Assembly: GCA_014728035.1 (NCBI GenBank)
Contig: WJMJ01000105.1
Location: forward strand, 1 to 16,293
Direction: 5' to 3'
Source of the DNA: Promethearchaeota archaeon
Lineage (GTDB): Archaea; Asgardarchaeota; Thorarchaeia; Thorarchaeales; Thorarchaeaceae
Length of the DNA stretch: 16,293 nt
Shown: piece after piece, positions 1 through 10,233 of the stretch
Layout of the letters: each line of letters opens with the position of its first letter
Numbering within the stretch: position 1 is the first letter of the stretch
The notes under the pieces: model-generated
Told to the model about the DNA's origin: nothing
What the model saw: only the letters and a program-made list of their open reading frames with translations
Database searches by the model: none
Translations under genes and position numbers: made by a program

Positions 1-255
1 ATAAATATTCTCATATTCAACTACCGGCCAATTCCGGTTTGATGGTTCTGTATAGTTCCCCAATCTGTTCATTCTTCAGCTTTTACGAGAACACCTTACG
101 CTGGAGGATAGGGCAGGGAGATATCTAGCGAAATAAAAAAGGCAAAGGAAGGCACTCGGTGAACCCCCCCAGACTATTCTAACGAATCTTCAAGGTGTTT
201 TATCTTAATAGAATGATGTTTCATTACATTCTCCCCAGATTTCTCCTTCAATACA

Positions 256-789
256 TCACCGTGGGTCAGGGCAAGAATTATTATGCACACCACCACACCG
301 AGAACAAACTTCTTTGTTCTCTTCAGCCTCTGTCAACATCCAAAGCACATCTGTGGGTCGCACTGGTTCTCTTCCATCATACCCACAGGCACAAAGCATG
401 TTATCGATATACCACATGATATTGTATGGGCGTGGACTATTGCGATCCTCGTCTGATAACCATTCATAGTCGTAGATAAATCCTCTAAAACTCTGGAACT
501 TGTCCACTATATCAATCGAATGGAATTCCTTATCTACAGGGTCTTCTATGGCCCCAATGCCTCCATCCCAGTTTATCTTGAGTCGCGCATAACTTCGCTT
601 GGCGGTTTTGCGTGTCCGGAAAGAAAGATTTTTTACAAATGGAACCTTTGTATTCATTCCTTTCCACACAAAGAAATCACCAGATAGCTCGATTGGTTTC
701 CAATCATTTAGGATGGCTGCTTCTACTTCATCCCCAGCTTCTAAACAATTAATTATGTCTTCGTATGTGATCTCTTTCCACTCACTCAT
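256..789 (-). CDS. Hypothetical phage protein with a C-terminal Cys motif (CSRC...C)
   Basis: 177-aa ORF with protein-like composition, AGGA upstream of the ATG, same strand as its neighbours. No family recognised. Confidence 0.75.
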   Translation of the reverse strand: MSEWKEITYEDIINCLEAGDEVEAAILNDWKPIELSGDFFVWKGMNTKVPFVKNLSFRTRKTAKRSYARLKINWDGGIGAIEDPVDKEFHSIDIVDKFQSFRGFIYDYEWLSDEDRNSPRPYNIMWYIDNMLCACGYDGREPVRPTDVLWMLTEAEENKEVCSRCGGVHNNSCPDPR

Positions 790-937
790 AATGATTCCTA
801 TTTATAATCTTGCGAATTATCTGGCAATTCTGGGGATTTTCTTTCAGCTTCTTACTCGTGCACGTACAACCAATGTCTGTACAAATTTCTTGTAACTTCT
901 TTAGGGATTCATAAGTGATTGGTGTCTTTTTTATCAT
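782..937 (-). CDS. Small hypothetical protein (51 aa, MIKKTPITYESLKKLQEICTDIGC...)
   Basis: Translated by hand (not in the ORF track). AAGGTG lies upstream of the ATG; the ORF fills the gap and overlaps both neighbours. Confidence 0.45.
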   Translation of the reverse strand: MIKKTPITYESLKKLQEICTDIGCTCTSKKLKENPQNCQIIRKIINRNHYE

Positions 938-1151
938 TTCGCACCTTTGAGATCAACTTGGCTATGTGCTCAATCACACAAACAATGGGAAGTATTGGAT
1001 TGCAATACATGAGTGATACTGATAACGTATCTAATACTCGCATTGGAAAGACACTATCATAGTAATATTCTTTAACTAGGTTATGAATCGTGCCCACGAT
1101 GAGAGACACTATACACAATCCAGAAATTATATAACATACAATGATCAACAT
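909..1151 (-). CDS. Small membrane protein
   Basis: Start moved to ATG 1151 (MLIIVCYIISG..., AAGGA upstream) because the longer track ORF overlaps the tRNA. Two hydrophobic stretches. Confidence 0.6.
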   Translation of the reverse strand: MLIIVCYIISGLCIVSLIVGTIHNLVKEYYYDSVFPMRVLDTLSVSLMYCNPILPIVCVIEHIAKLISKVRNDKKDTNHL

Positions 1152-1162
1152 CGCTCTTTCCT

Positions 1163-1251
1163 TGGCGGATGGGGAGGGATTCGAACCCCCGGTGCATTTT
1201 GTGCACACTGGTTTTCAAAACCAGCGCCTTCGACCACTCGGCCACCCATCC
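1163..1251 (-). tRNA. tRNA-Ser (anticodon UGA), 89 nt, CCA encoded
   Basis: Acceptor stem GGATGGG/CCCATCC, D arm TGGCCGAGTGGTCGAAGGC, anticodon arm CTGGT-TTTGAAA-ACCAG, long variable arm, T loop GGTTCGAATCC, discriminator G followed by CCA. Confidence 0.97.
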
Positions 1252-1301
1252 ATGGTTTTTCTTATATATGTGAGAGGTATATTATCTATTTATTGTATAT
1301 A

Positions 1302-1814
1302 TCATATTGTCCACTGCCCTTGATCACAACAATACCAATAAGCCCAATATGGATCTTTCTTGATTGTGTTCTCGTCAGACCACCTACCCTTAATCACATC
1401 AAGGGTATAATAATAAGCCCAATATGGATATTGCTTGATTGTATCCTCTATCTCAGGCCACCTGCCCTTGATTACATGGCGAGCATAATAATAAGCCCAT
1501 TCTAGATCTTGCTTGATTGCTTCCTCACCTTCAGGCCATCTGCCATTGATCACTTCATGAGCATATGCATAAGCATAATATGGATCTTGCTTGATTGCTT
1601 CCTCACCTTCAGGCCATCTGCCCTTAATTACGTCACGAGCATACATATAAGCCCAATATGGATCTTGCTTAATAGTATTGAGTACTCTCTTATCATCAGG
1701 ATGCTCTTTGATGTATTCTATAGGATCACCAAATACATCCTCATCATCCTCATCAAATTCGAGAATGTCATCCTGTTCATCTAGGATTACCTTGGATTCC
1801 CTAGTTACGATCAT
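1302..1814 (-). CDS. 26-aa tandem-repeat protein, paralog B; last repeat degenerate or frameshifted
   Basis: About 4.5 copies of IKQDPxxAYxYAxxVIKGRWPExExx. The final VIKG reads in a shifted frame near 1330. Confidence 0.85.
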   Translation of the reverse strand: MIVTRESKVILDEQDDILEFDEDDEDVFGDPIEYIKEHPDDKRVLNTIKQDPYWAYMYARDVIKGRWPEGEEAIKQDPYYAYAYAHEVINGRWPEGEEAIKQDLEWAYYYARHVIKGRWPEIEDTIKQYPYWAYYYTLDVIKGRWSDENTIKKDPYWAYWYCCDQGQWTI

Positions 1815-2330
1815 AGGAATTTCCTCTCATACTTACGCCACCATTTTGGACTTTGCGTGATTGTTTCCTCGGCTTCAGGCCACCTTCCCTTGATTACATT
1901 ATGAGCATATTGATAAGCCCACAATGGATCCTTCTTGATTGTATCCTCTGCCACAGGCCATCTACCCTTGATCACATTATAAGCATATAAACAAGCCCGT
2001 TTTGGACTTTGCTTGATTGCCTCCTCGCCCTCGGGCCATCTACCCTTGACTACATAACGAGCATAATCATAAGCCTGTTCTGGATTTTGCTTGATTGTAT
2101 CCTCAGCCTCAGGCCATCTGCCCTTGATCACATTATAAGCATAATAATAAGCCCATTTTGGATCTTGCTTGATTGTGTCCTCAGCCTCAGGCCATCTGCC
2201 ATTGATCATATTATGAGCATATCGAAAAGCTAATCGTGGATCCTGTTTGATTATTTCCTCCCCTTCAGGCCACTTACCCTTGATCACTTCATTGGCATAC
2301 ATATAAGACCAGCATGGATTTTGCTTGATA
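1330..2330 (-). repeat. 78-bp coding tandem repeats in two blocks
   Basis: Recurrent CAGGCCATCTGCCCTTGAT and TTGCTTGATTG motifs at 78-nt spacing. A 54-nt block is identical at 1677-1730 and 2333-2386. Confidence 0.95.
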
Positions 2331-2455
2331 ACATTGAGTACTCTCTTATCATCAGGATGCTCTTTGATGTATTCTATAGGATCACCGAATATATCCTCTT
2401 CGCCTGCATCAAATTCGGGAATGTCAATCATAAAAACATCATTTATCATCTTCAA
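1811..2455 (-). CDS. 26-aa tandem-repeat protein, paralog A
   Basis: Six full repeats plus a capping unit. ATGA overlaps with both neighbours. Shares the N-terminal FGDPIEYIKEHPDDKRVLN with paralog B. Confidence 0.9.
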   Translation of the reverse strand: MKMINDVFMIDIPEFDAGEEDIFGDPIEYIKEHPDDKRVLNVIKQNPCWSYMYANEVIKGKWPEGEEIIKQDPRLAFRYAHNMINGRWPEAEDTIKQDPKWAYYYAYNVIKGRWPEAEDTIKQNPEQAYDYARYVVKGRWPEGEEAIKQSPKRACLYAYNVIKGRWPVAEDTIKKDPLWAYQYAHNVIKGRWPEAEETITQSPKWWRKYERKFL

Positions 2456-2694
2456 TATGCCAAATCTTCACGTCTTTTACTGATGTCATCTAGAAAGCTT
2501 TTAGCGCTTTCTAAAGATAACCACCTAGAACATTGTTCTACTTCTTCGCCAATAAATTCAAAAACAGCATAAGATGAAGTATCGCCCTCAAGCTCCTTAA
2601 TCTTTGCCTCCAATTTATTGATGTGCTTTTTCTTATCCCGTAAGTCTCTGAGTATATTTTCTCTGCTTGCCTGTATCTCTGTTTCAGGATTCAT
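2452..2694 (-). CDS. Small hypothetical protein with a coiled-coil-like N-terminal half
   Basis: 80-aa ORF with GGAG upstream and a heptad-like INKLEAKIKELEG; coupled to the downstream gene by ATGA. Confidence 0.75.
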   Translation of the reverse strand: MNPETEIQASRENILRDLRDKKKHINKLEAKIKELEGDTSSYAVFEFIGEEVEQCSRWLSLESAKSFLDDISKRREDLAY

Positions 2695-3655
2695 CTTGAT
2701 ACTTCTCCCGTATAGACTTTGGTAGATCTAAAATTACTCGATAATGATGTCCAGATCGTTCAGCTTCATGGGGTCCACGCCACACAGCATGCACATATGT
2801 TGGTGCAATTTCTATGGTGGAACCACGTTTTCCCTTAAATTTAGGGCTTCTAAGAGTGCGCTTATGACCGCTTCTAATATGTGCACGTCTTTCAAGAATC
2901 TCACGACCTTTATCATCAAATCGGGTTTTGGCTCTGGCAATCCCATCCGCCTGCGTGCTTCGTGTGCGCGTATGGCAGTATAACGTGGACGTTCATGTGC
3001 TTTTGGGTATCTAATCTTTTTGCTTCTCTTTTTGGTTGGTTGTTCCTCAAACACAAAAGTTGATAGGGTGCTCATCCTGATTAGCTCTTCATAAGATGAG
3101 GTGGCTGCTCGACATAAATCGTTATTTGTTTCCTCTTGTCCCTTCATAGCCATCACATCAATTGTCTCGTCACCGTCCACACATATCGACCCAAGGGCTA
3201 TCCCTACTGACTGCCATTTAAAAATCCCACTTAACCATTTATTACCAATAATGCCCCCATCTTACCGATACAGGTAAACGCTGCTTTTTTGACCATTCTT
3301 TTAAATCATCTATCATCTCACCAGAAATACTGCCATCCTCGAATGCACCATCTTGTAGATAATTCTCTATGCGAGCTACCTCCATAATACCACGCGGTTT
3401 ATCTACGCCAACAGCCCCTGGCTCTAGATCCCAAAGTATTGTGCATGATACTCTGTCCTCTATGGCAGTGACAGGAAATGGTAAGCACAATGTGTTCATG
3501 TGTTCATTAACAGTATCGGCATCAAGTCCATCGAAAGATTCTGTAGGCAACATATCAAAACAAAATAAGCGAGCAGTCCGTATGTGACGACGAAGCTCCT
3601 CTGGGAAATGATGCCTATATTGAACCAATAGATTGAAATTATCTCCGGGTTTCAT
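2684..3655 (-). pseudogene. Single ~323-aa gene broken by two compensating frameshifts (joins track ORFs 3242-3655 and 2812-3180 plus an unlisted C-terminus)
   Basis: Removing one base from the C5 run at 3254-3258 gives ...RWGIIGNKWLSGIFKWQSVGIALGSICVDGDET..., in frame with 2812-3180. A second shift near 2925 gives RFDDKGREILERRAHIRSGHKRTLRSPKFKGKRG...YQDES*, with the stop at 2684 overlapping the next start. Confidence 0.7.
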
Positions 3656-4737
3656 TGATCCTTGGTATCCTTCTGTTTGTGCTTCGATAATTCGTATTCA
3701 GTACCAATATATTTTAATATTACCCTTCCAATGTCCTGACATATCCTTTCTTTTATTGGTCTCACTACGATTCCTTCTCGAATATGATCAGCACCTTCAA
3801 CAGTGCTTTTGCCGTCAGAAAGTTTCTTCATCTTATCCATGCTCCAAGGACCGCGATAAAGAACGGGAACCATAGGAACATTGTGTGCTGAACAGAGCTT
3901 TTCAAAATCATAGAAATCAACATATGTACCATCAACCATGAGATCGAAAGCCCGGAATCCAAGTCCCTTTCCTTTGGGTATACCATATGATAAAGATTGA
4001 ACAGAACCACCATAAACCTCGCCATATAATATCACCACTTTATGAATTAGTGAACGATCCTGCATGAGATTGATAACGCTCTTGATTGTCCAAGGATACC
4101 AATATGTGTTGGACTTCATCTCTGGATCGTCAACACAGGCCAACACTCCTCTGTGATTCAAAGGACGCTGACGTCTGAGGCCCATGCTACCGGCATAAAT
4201 TCCCTTATCTTGAATGATTATCAATTTGCAATTGGTGCCGTGTAATTTCTCGGTGGCAATAACTTCCTCATCTTCTTCGAACACATCAGTATATATACGC
4301 CCATTTTGGATGTCCGTATAACGCTGAATAAATGGATCAACCTGATCATCATAAGGAGCAGCATCACCGGCAGTTGTTCTGATTGGCGGTTCATATTTCT
4401 CACACCCGAAATAATCAGCAACATTATCACCAACCTCCCAGGAATCTTCCTGAACTGGTGCGATCAATCCAAATGATGGTTCTCCACGTAGGGCAATGCG
4501 CCCTACCCTGTCTTTATTCTTACCTTTAAGAAAGTTCTTGACGCCAAATTTATCGGCCCATTGGTTAGGCAAGATGGTATCCGCTGGGAAGTAAACGCAC
4601 CGATCACCCTCATTGTGTCTTCCCTTAGGGATCACCATTTGATAACCAAGAACGTCACAAATATCAAGTTTATCCGCATTGGGGTGTGGTTTGATATTCT
4701 TCAGTTCAACCACAGGAACAATTAAATCACTAGCCAC
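3652..4737 (-). CDS. ATP-dependent RNA ligase, DRB0094 family
   Basis: N-terminal OB/tRNA-binding-like PHPNADKL, adenylation motif I TEKLHGTN, YGEVYG, FDL, REGIVV, LKY. GTG start with AAGGA upstream. Confidence 0.92.
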   Translation of the reverse strand: MASDLIVPVVELKNIKPHPNADKLDICDVLGYQMVIPKGRHNEGDRCVYFPADTILPNQWADKFGVKNFLKGKNKDRVGRIALRGEPSFGLIAPVQEDSWEVGDNVADYFGCEKYEPPIRTTAGDAAPYDDQVDPFIQRYTDIQNGRIYTDVFEEDEEVIATEKLHGTNCKLIIIQDKGIYAGSMGLRRQRPLNHRGVLACVDDPEMKSNTYWYPWTIKSVINLMQDRSLIHKVVILYGEVYGGSVQSLSYGIPKGKGLGFRAFDLMVDGTYVDFYDFEKLCSAHNVPMVPVLYRGPWSMDKMKKLSDGKSTVEGADHIREGIVVRPIKERICQDIGRVILKYIGTEYELSKHKQKDTKDQ

Positions 4738-4825
4738 ATTTATCCTTTCTTTGCTGACCCAAGTTTGCTACCAAGACCACGACCAACGCCCATATTCACC
4801 AAATATGCATTATTATCTATCTGCC

Positions 4826-4965
4826 TTAAATAAGTTCTCTATTTCTATCCACAATAAGAGCTATTTCTCGCAGAGCATCAACCGACGCGGACTCTTGATG
4901 TATTACTTTGTCCAGACTTCCATAATGTTCCTCTAAACATTGTAATAACAGTCGTTTGATTCGTT

Positions 4966-4966
<1 letters not shown>
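4826..4966 (-). pseudogene. Detached 46-aa C-terminal fragment of the nucleotidyltransferase at 6996-7760
   Basis: Hand translation ERIKRLLLQCLEEHYGSLDKVIHQESASVDALREIALIVDRNRELI*. It has no ATG or RBS of its own, is AT-rich like the backbone, and continues ...SDLQYGPSL naturally. Confidence 0.8.
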
Positions 4967-6995
<2,029 letters not shown>

Positions 6996-7760
6996 CAAAG
7001 AAGGTCCATATTGAAGATCACTGGAATGATATAAATCTTCCAGATGTTTTTCTTTCTGTTCAAAATATGTTGATAATCTTTCTTCGGTCCATTCTCCACG
7101 ACGAATTGCCTTCATAACCTCTCTTCGATCTTCTCTATCTAAGGTAAGATCGCCTTCCCTTAGAATCTGCTCGACTTCTCCAACAAGACGATATACATGA
7201 TATGCAAACTTGGTGTCCATGCCATATTTGTTCCGAATCTCATGTCTTTTGGATCCTGGTTCAGTCTTTTTGCTGCTCATTTTGTGAAGTTGTGAATAAG
7301 AATAGCCTTTGAATTTGTGATAAGATCCCTTGTGCAAAAACATTTTTCGGTTCTCACGGACAAGCTGCCCAACAATAGTATTGTGTAATATACAGCGTTC
7401 TGGTACGAAGAGCACATCAACCATATTGGGGTTGTTTTCCATACAAAGTTGGAAGAAGCGTACAATCCCATAAATACAGAAATCATAAGACACGCACCTA
7501 TCTGAGTCTTCAATGTGATGCATCTGCCATTGATTAAAACGCTGTATCTGCTTTCCAAGTCCCTGAATATGACCAGCTAGATGCGGAAAAACATCTGTCT
7601 TGGGCGGGATACAAAATCCACAAATGTCCATATCTGATGTATTTGATGATACTCCATAAGCCGCACTTCCTGTTAATACTTCATACATGAGATTATCAGG
7701 AAGGAATTTGGGTGGATTGATCAGATTTTTCTGTTTACATTCTTGCACACGACTACTCAT
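6996..7760 (-). pseudogene. Pol-beta-fold nucleotidyltransferase (RlaP-like), interrupted by the GC-rich insert
   Basis: GSAAYG...SDMDICG, NNPNMVDVLF, DTKFAYHVYRL, IRRGEW. ATG 7760 has GGAG upstream. The last 18 residues of track ORF 6939-7766 (IIPWA...RCW) appear to be read-through into the insert. Confidence 0.85.
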
Positions 7761-7774
7761 CTCCAATCTCCTAT

Positions 7775-8218
7775 TTATAAATCTAATTTACGACTTCCTG
7801 GAGACAGTACGATTTTATGTTGCACTGAAGTATGATTTTTGCGTTGTGGCTGTGGAGGTAATGCGATGTTTATGCTTGGAGTCCGAAATGCAGAATTAAT
7901 AAATTCCTTAGTATCATCATTTAAAATTTTCCAAAATTCCGTTGGTTTTACTGGTAATAATGTAGTATTTGGCATCATAGACATACTCATATTATTGATC
8001 TTGATGCGAATGTCTCTTATTACGTTTTTATCATAGATGGCCAATGTTTTATTGGTAGTAACTCCATTACTTGGATTGGTTAATTCCAACGTGACAATAG
8101 CATGACTGGCATTCACAGTTGGATATAGACTGACCTTGGTTATTCCTGATATGACCAAAGATGGAGAACTAGAAGACGATGAATACGATGAATATGAACT
8201 AGAATTAGATTGAGTCAT
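7775..8218 (-). CDS. Hypothetical protein with an N-terminal Ser/Tyr tract
   Basis: 147-aa ORF starting MTQSNSSSYSSYSSSSSSP. Confidence 0.7.
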   Translation of the reverse strand: MTQSNSSSYSSYSSSSSSPSLVISGITKVSLYPTVNASHAIVTLELTNPSNGVTTNKTLAIYDKNVIRDIRIKINNMSMSMMPNTTLLPVKPTEFWKILNDDTKEFINSAFRTPSINIALPPQPQRKNHTSVQHKIVLSPGSRKLDL

Positions 8219-8265
8219 ATTTTCAATTCACTATAGTTCTGATTTTCTATACAAAAAGCCATCTT

Positions 8266-8565
8266 TTACCACAGATCTCCAGAATTGATCCTGTCTTGAA
8301 TATGCTTGTGAGTTAAATATTCACAATCACTATCTACAATATCATCCAACACGCATTTGACGCCTTTACCACCAGATGACAAATGATCATTAATGGCTTT
8401 TCTAAGAGCTAAACACTTGTTCATGTTTTTCATTGCCTGTTTTGCGTATCCACCATTAAAATCATATGCCTCGGCAAAAGCATTTCTATCGTTAGCCGCC
8501 CAACGCAGTGCTTTGACCAAAAATCTTAATTCGTCTACCTTAATATATTTTGTATTATTGTTCAT
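8266..8565 (-). CDS. Hypothetical protein
   Basis: 99-aa ORF overlapping the upstream gene. Confidence 0.7.
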   Translation of the reverse strand: MNNNTKYIKVDELRFLVKALRWAANDRNAFAEAYDFNGGYAKQAMKNMNKCLALRKAINDHLSSGGKGVKCVLDDIVDSDCEYLTHKHIQDRINSGDLW

Positions 8566-8746
8566 TTCTTAACTCAGCAATCAACTTATCCTTTTCTTCC
8601 GTTGCTGCATCAATGGCGTGTTGTATGACTAACTGTGCCTCAAGGGGGTCATTTTGACGCCATCCATATCCATAACCTAGACGTTTCGACGCCTCAATTG
8701 CGTATTCGCCTATCTCAGTCGAACTTTGTATCTTGACTGTAAGCAT
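8555..8746 (-). CDS. Small hypothetical protein
   Basis: 63-aa ORF with a strong AAGGAG RBS. Confidence 0.7.
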   Translation of the reverse strand: MLTVKIQSSTEIGEYAIEASKRLGYGYGWRQNDPLEAQLVIQHAIDAATEEKDKLIAELRNEQ

Positions 8747-8808
8747 CTGTTAGTTCTCCTTCTGGTTACTTGTTCTCCTAGTAATCTATCTAGTCCTAGT
8801 CGTAGTTG

Positions 8809-8928
8809 TTAATCGAATGGCCATCGATATTGTTTGAATTGTGTGTTAGGCTTTGTTTTATTTCTATCTTTAAATATCAGGTGCCATTTCCAGAATTGCC
8901 ACCACCTTATCCTTGGATTTGCGCTCAT
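8809..8928 (-). CDS. Putative 39-aa Trp/Lys-rich peptide
   Basis: Hand translation MSANPRIRWWQFWKWHLIFK...; ATGA-coupled to the upstream micro-ORF. Confidence 0.35.
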   Translation of the reverse strand: MSANPRIRWWQFWKWHLIFKDRNKTKPNTQFKQYRWPFD

Positions 8929-8996
8929 CTTCCGCATGCCCAACCAATAATAACAAAAATGAACACCACAAACAAAACTATGGCGATCTTAATCAT
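8925..8996 (-). CDS. Putative 23-aa single-TM peptide
   Basis: Hand translation MIKIAIVLFVVFIFVIIGWACGR; ATGA overlaps at both ends. Confidence 0.4.
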   Translation of the reverse strand: MIKIAIVLFVVFIFVIIGWACGR

Positions 8997-9376
8997 GTCT
9001 TAAGCTCTTTCGTCAATATTTTTATGAGCTTATCGCATTGCTCTTTGCTAAACTTCGAAATATGAGCATTATCCTTGTCTAAATCCATGGTTCTGGCCAA
9101 CCATTTATAAGCTTCTTTGCGTCTCATAGTAGCTTCTGGTCCATTCCATAGTTTATCAAATAGATTATGTGCCTCTATTCTGCTTTGTTTTGTGGGTTTG
9201 TCAGCAGGAATGCCAAGTGGCTCACCAGTCTTTTTGTGTGCACCATGAGACCCATCACATTTTGGATAATTAGCACATCCATAAAATAGGCCATATTTTG
9301 AATTTCTCAATATCAATTCGCCACCACACTCCGGACATGGGTGTTTTAATATATGGCCAGGATTATACATTCTCAT
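8993..9376 (-). CDS. Zn-ribbon protein (topoisomerase C4-type zinc finger plus DUF3268-like region)
   Basis: CPECG...FYGCANYPKC...HGAH...PLG.PA...R..AH..FD.LW...AY.WLA...AHI. The start may be ATG 9370, using GAGG from array repeat 1 as RBS. Confidence 0.85.
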   Translation of the reverse strand: MRMYNPGHILKHPCPECGGELILRNSKYGLFYGCANYPKCDGSHGAHKKTGEPLGIPADKPTKQSRIEAHNLFDKLWNGPEATMRRKEAYKWLARTMDLDKDNAHISKFSKEQCDKLIKILTKELKT

Positions 9377-9567
9377 CCTCTCATGCGCACGTGGGCGTCA
9401 CGTCCAGCTATTTGGTTCGTTACAATACGCGAGAGACTATCCTCCCATGCGCACGTGGGCGTCACGTCTATCAGCGGAGGCAGTCATCCTCCCATGCGTG
9501 GGCATCACGTAATCGCCTGCGGTGGGGAAGAAACTTCCATCCTCCCATATGCACGTGGACGTCACAT
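9375..9567 (+). CRISPR. Orphan, degenerate CRISPR-like mini-array (4 repeats, 3 spacers)
   Basis: Repeats at 9375-9403, 9439-9467, 9486-9510 (4-nt deletion) and 9539-9567; consensus ATCCTCCCATGCGCACGTGGGCGTCACGT. Unique spacers of 35, 18 and 28 nt. Internal hairpin CCCATG-CGCA-CGTGGG. Confidence 0.65.
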
Positions 9568-9580
9568 TACACCCGTTGTA

Positions 9581-9643
9581 TAGTCTCCATCCGGAGATTA
9601 CTCACCATCGTGGGTGAGCTTAGGCCCGAGGATGAGGGCCTGA
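9581..9643 (+). ncRNA. Three abutting stem-loops next to the array (putative structured RNA)
   Basis: TAGTCTCC-ATCC-GGAGATTA (9581-9600), CTCACC-ATCGTG-GGTGAG (9601-9618), TTAGGCCC-GAGGATGA-GGGCCTGA (9620-9643). The non-Watson-Crick pairs are G:U only on the + strand. Confidence 0.45.
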
Positions 9644-9849
9644 ATTATATATCAAAAATGTCAATCCAAGTCCATGTGGACACTATAACGTGTGGGTCTA
9701 TATTCTTTGGATCTAGATACTCGATGTCCGCGTATTGCAGATGCACACTTATCTTGCTCAAATTTTGTGGCATCTAATCTTTCCACAATATCCCAAAATC
9801 TATACTAGAAGGCATGGCATCATATCTTACCCATGGTCTAATTGGCATC

Positions 9850-10233
9850 TTATTTCACAATACGTTCAGTAATCCATTTATTACTATGCCGATAAATGAT
9901 CTTCCCAACACCAGCTTTCTTAAGCTTTTCTTGACACACATTGCATGGACGTGATGATCCAGGTATCCCTTTGGTATATCTATAAGTAAGAACAGTGGAT
10001 CCTTTTAACGATACTCCCATTCGTGCCGCTTTGATTATGAGATGTTCTTCGGCGTGAATCGATCTTTTCTTGGTATTGTCAAATATGTTATAGTTATTGG
10101 CATGTAAAGTTGACACAATTTTGGGGTTTAAATGAGACGAAATGACAATAGCTGCCATTTTAACTTTACGCTGATTTGACTTTTTAGCCGTATTTATGGC
10201 TATTTTCTCTATGTCTGGAGTTAACTGGAACAT
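9850..10233 (-). CDS. Cytidine/dCMP deaminase-family zinc protein
   Basis: HAE and PCNVC zinc-binding motifs; adjacent to thyX. Confidence 0.88.
   Translation of the reverse strand: MFQLTPDIEKIAINTAKKSNQRKVKMAAIVISSHLNPKIVSTLHANNYNIFDNTKKRSIHAEEHLIIKAARMGVSLKGSTVLTYRYTKGIPGSSRPCNVCQEKLKKAGVGKIIYRHSNKWITERIVK

Noticed and set aside
1-250. Apparently non-coding stretch with inverted repeat AACACCTT/AAGGTGTT about 95 nt apart
   Set aside because: The match is short and there is no recognisable RNA family or further support.
1302-2455. 78-bp repeats as a CRISPR array or diversity-generating retroelement
   Set aside because: The repeats are contiguous and in-frame coding with no unique spacers. 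No reverse transcriptase or non-coding template repeat is in the window.
9644-9664. TTGACA...TATAAT on the minus strand next to the hairpins
   Set aside because: The spacing is only 9 nt rather than ~17, so it is not a canonical sigma70 promoter, although the -10 alone could still be used.
9298-9777. + strand ORFs 9298-9777 and 9353-9583 across the array
   Set aside because: No RBS seen, overlap with the Zn-ribbon gene, and composition reflecting the repeats; likely spurious.
9645-9848. TAG stop-codon reassignment, suggested by two in-frame small ORFs (9774-9848, 9645-9773) separated by TAG and by the TAG at 2812
   Set aside because: Recognisable genes are uninterrupted under the standard code, and the 2812 case is better explained by a frameshift. 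A single instance is insufficient.
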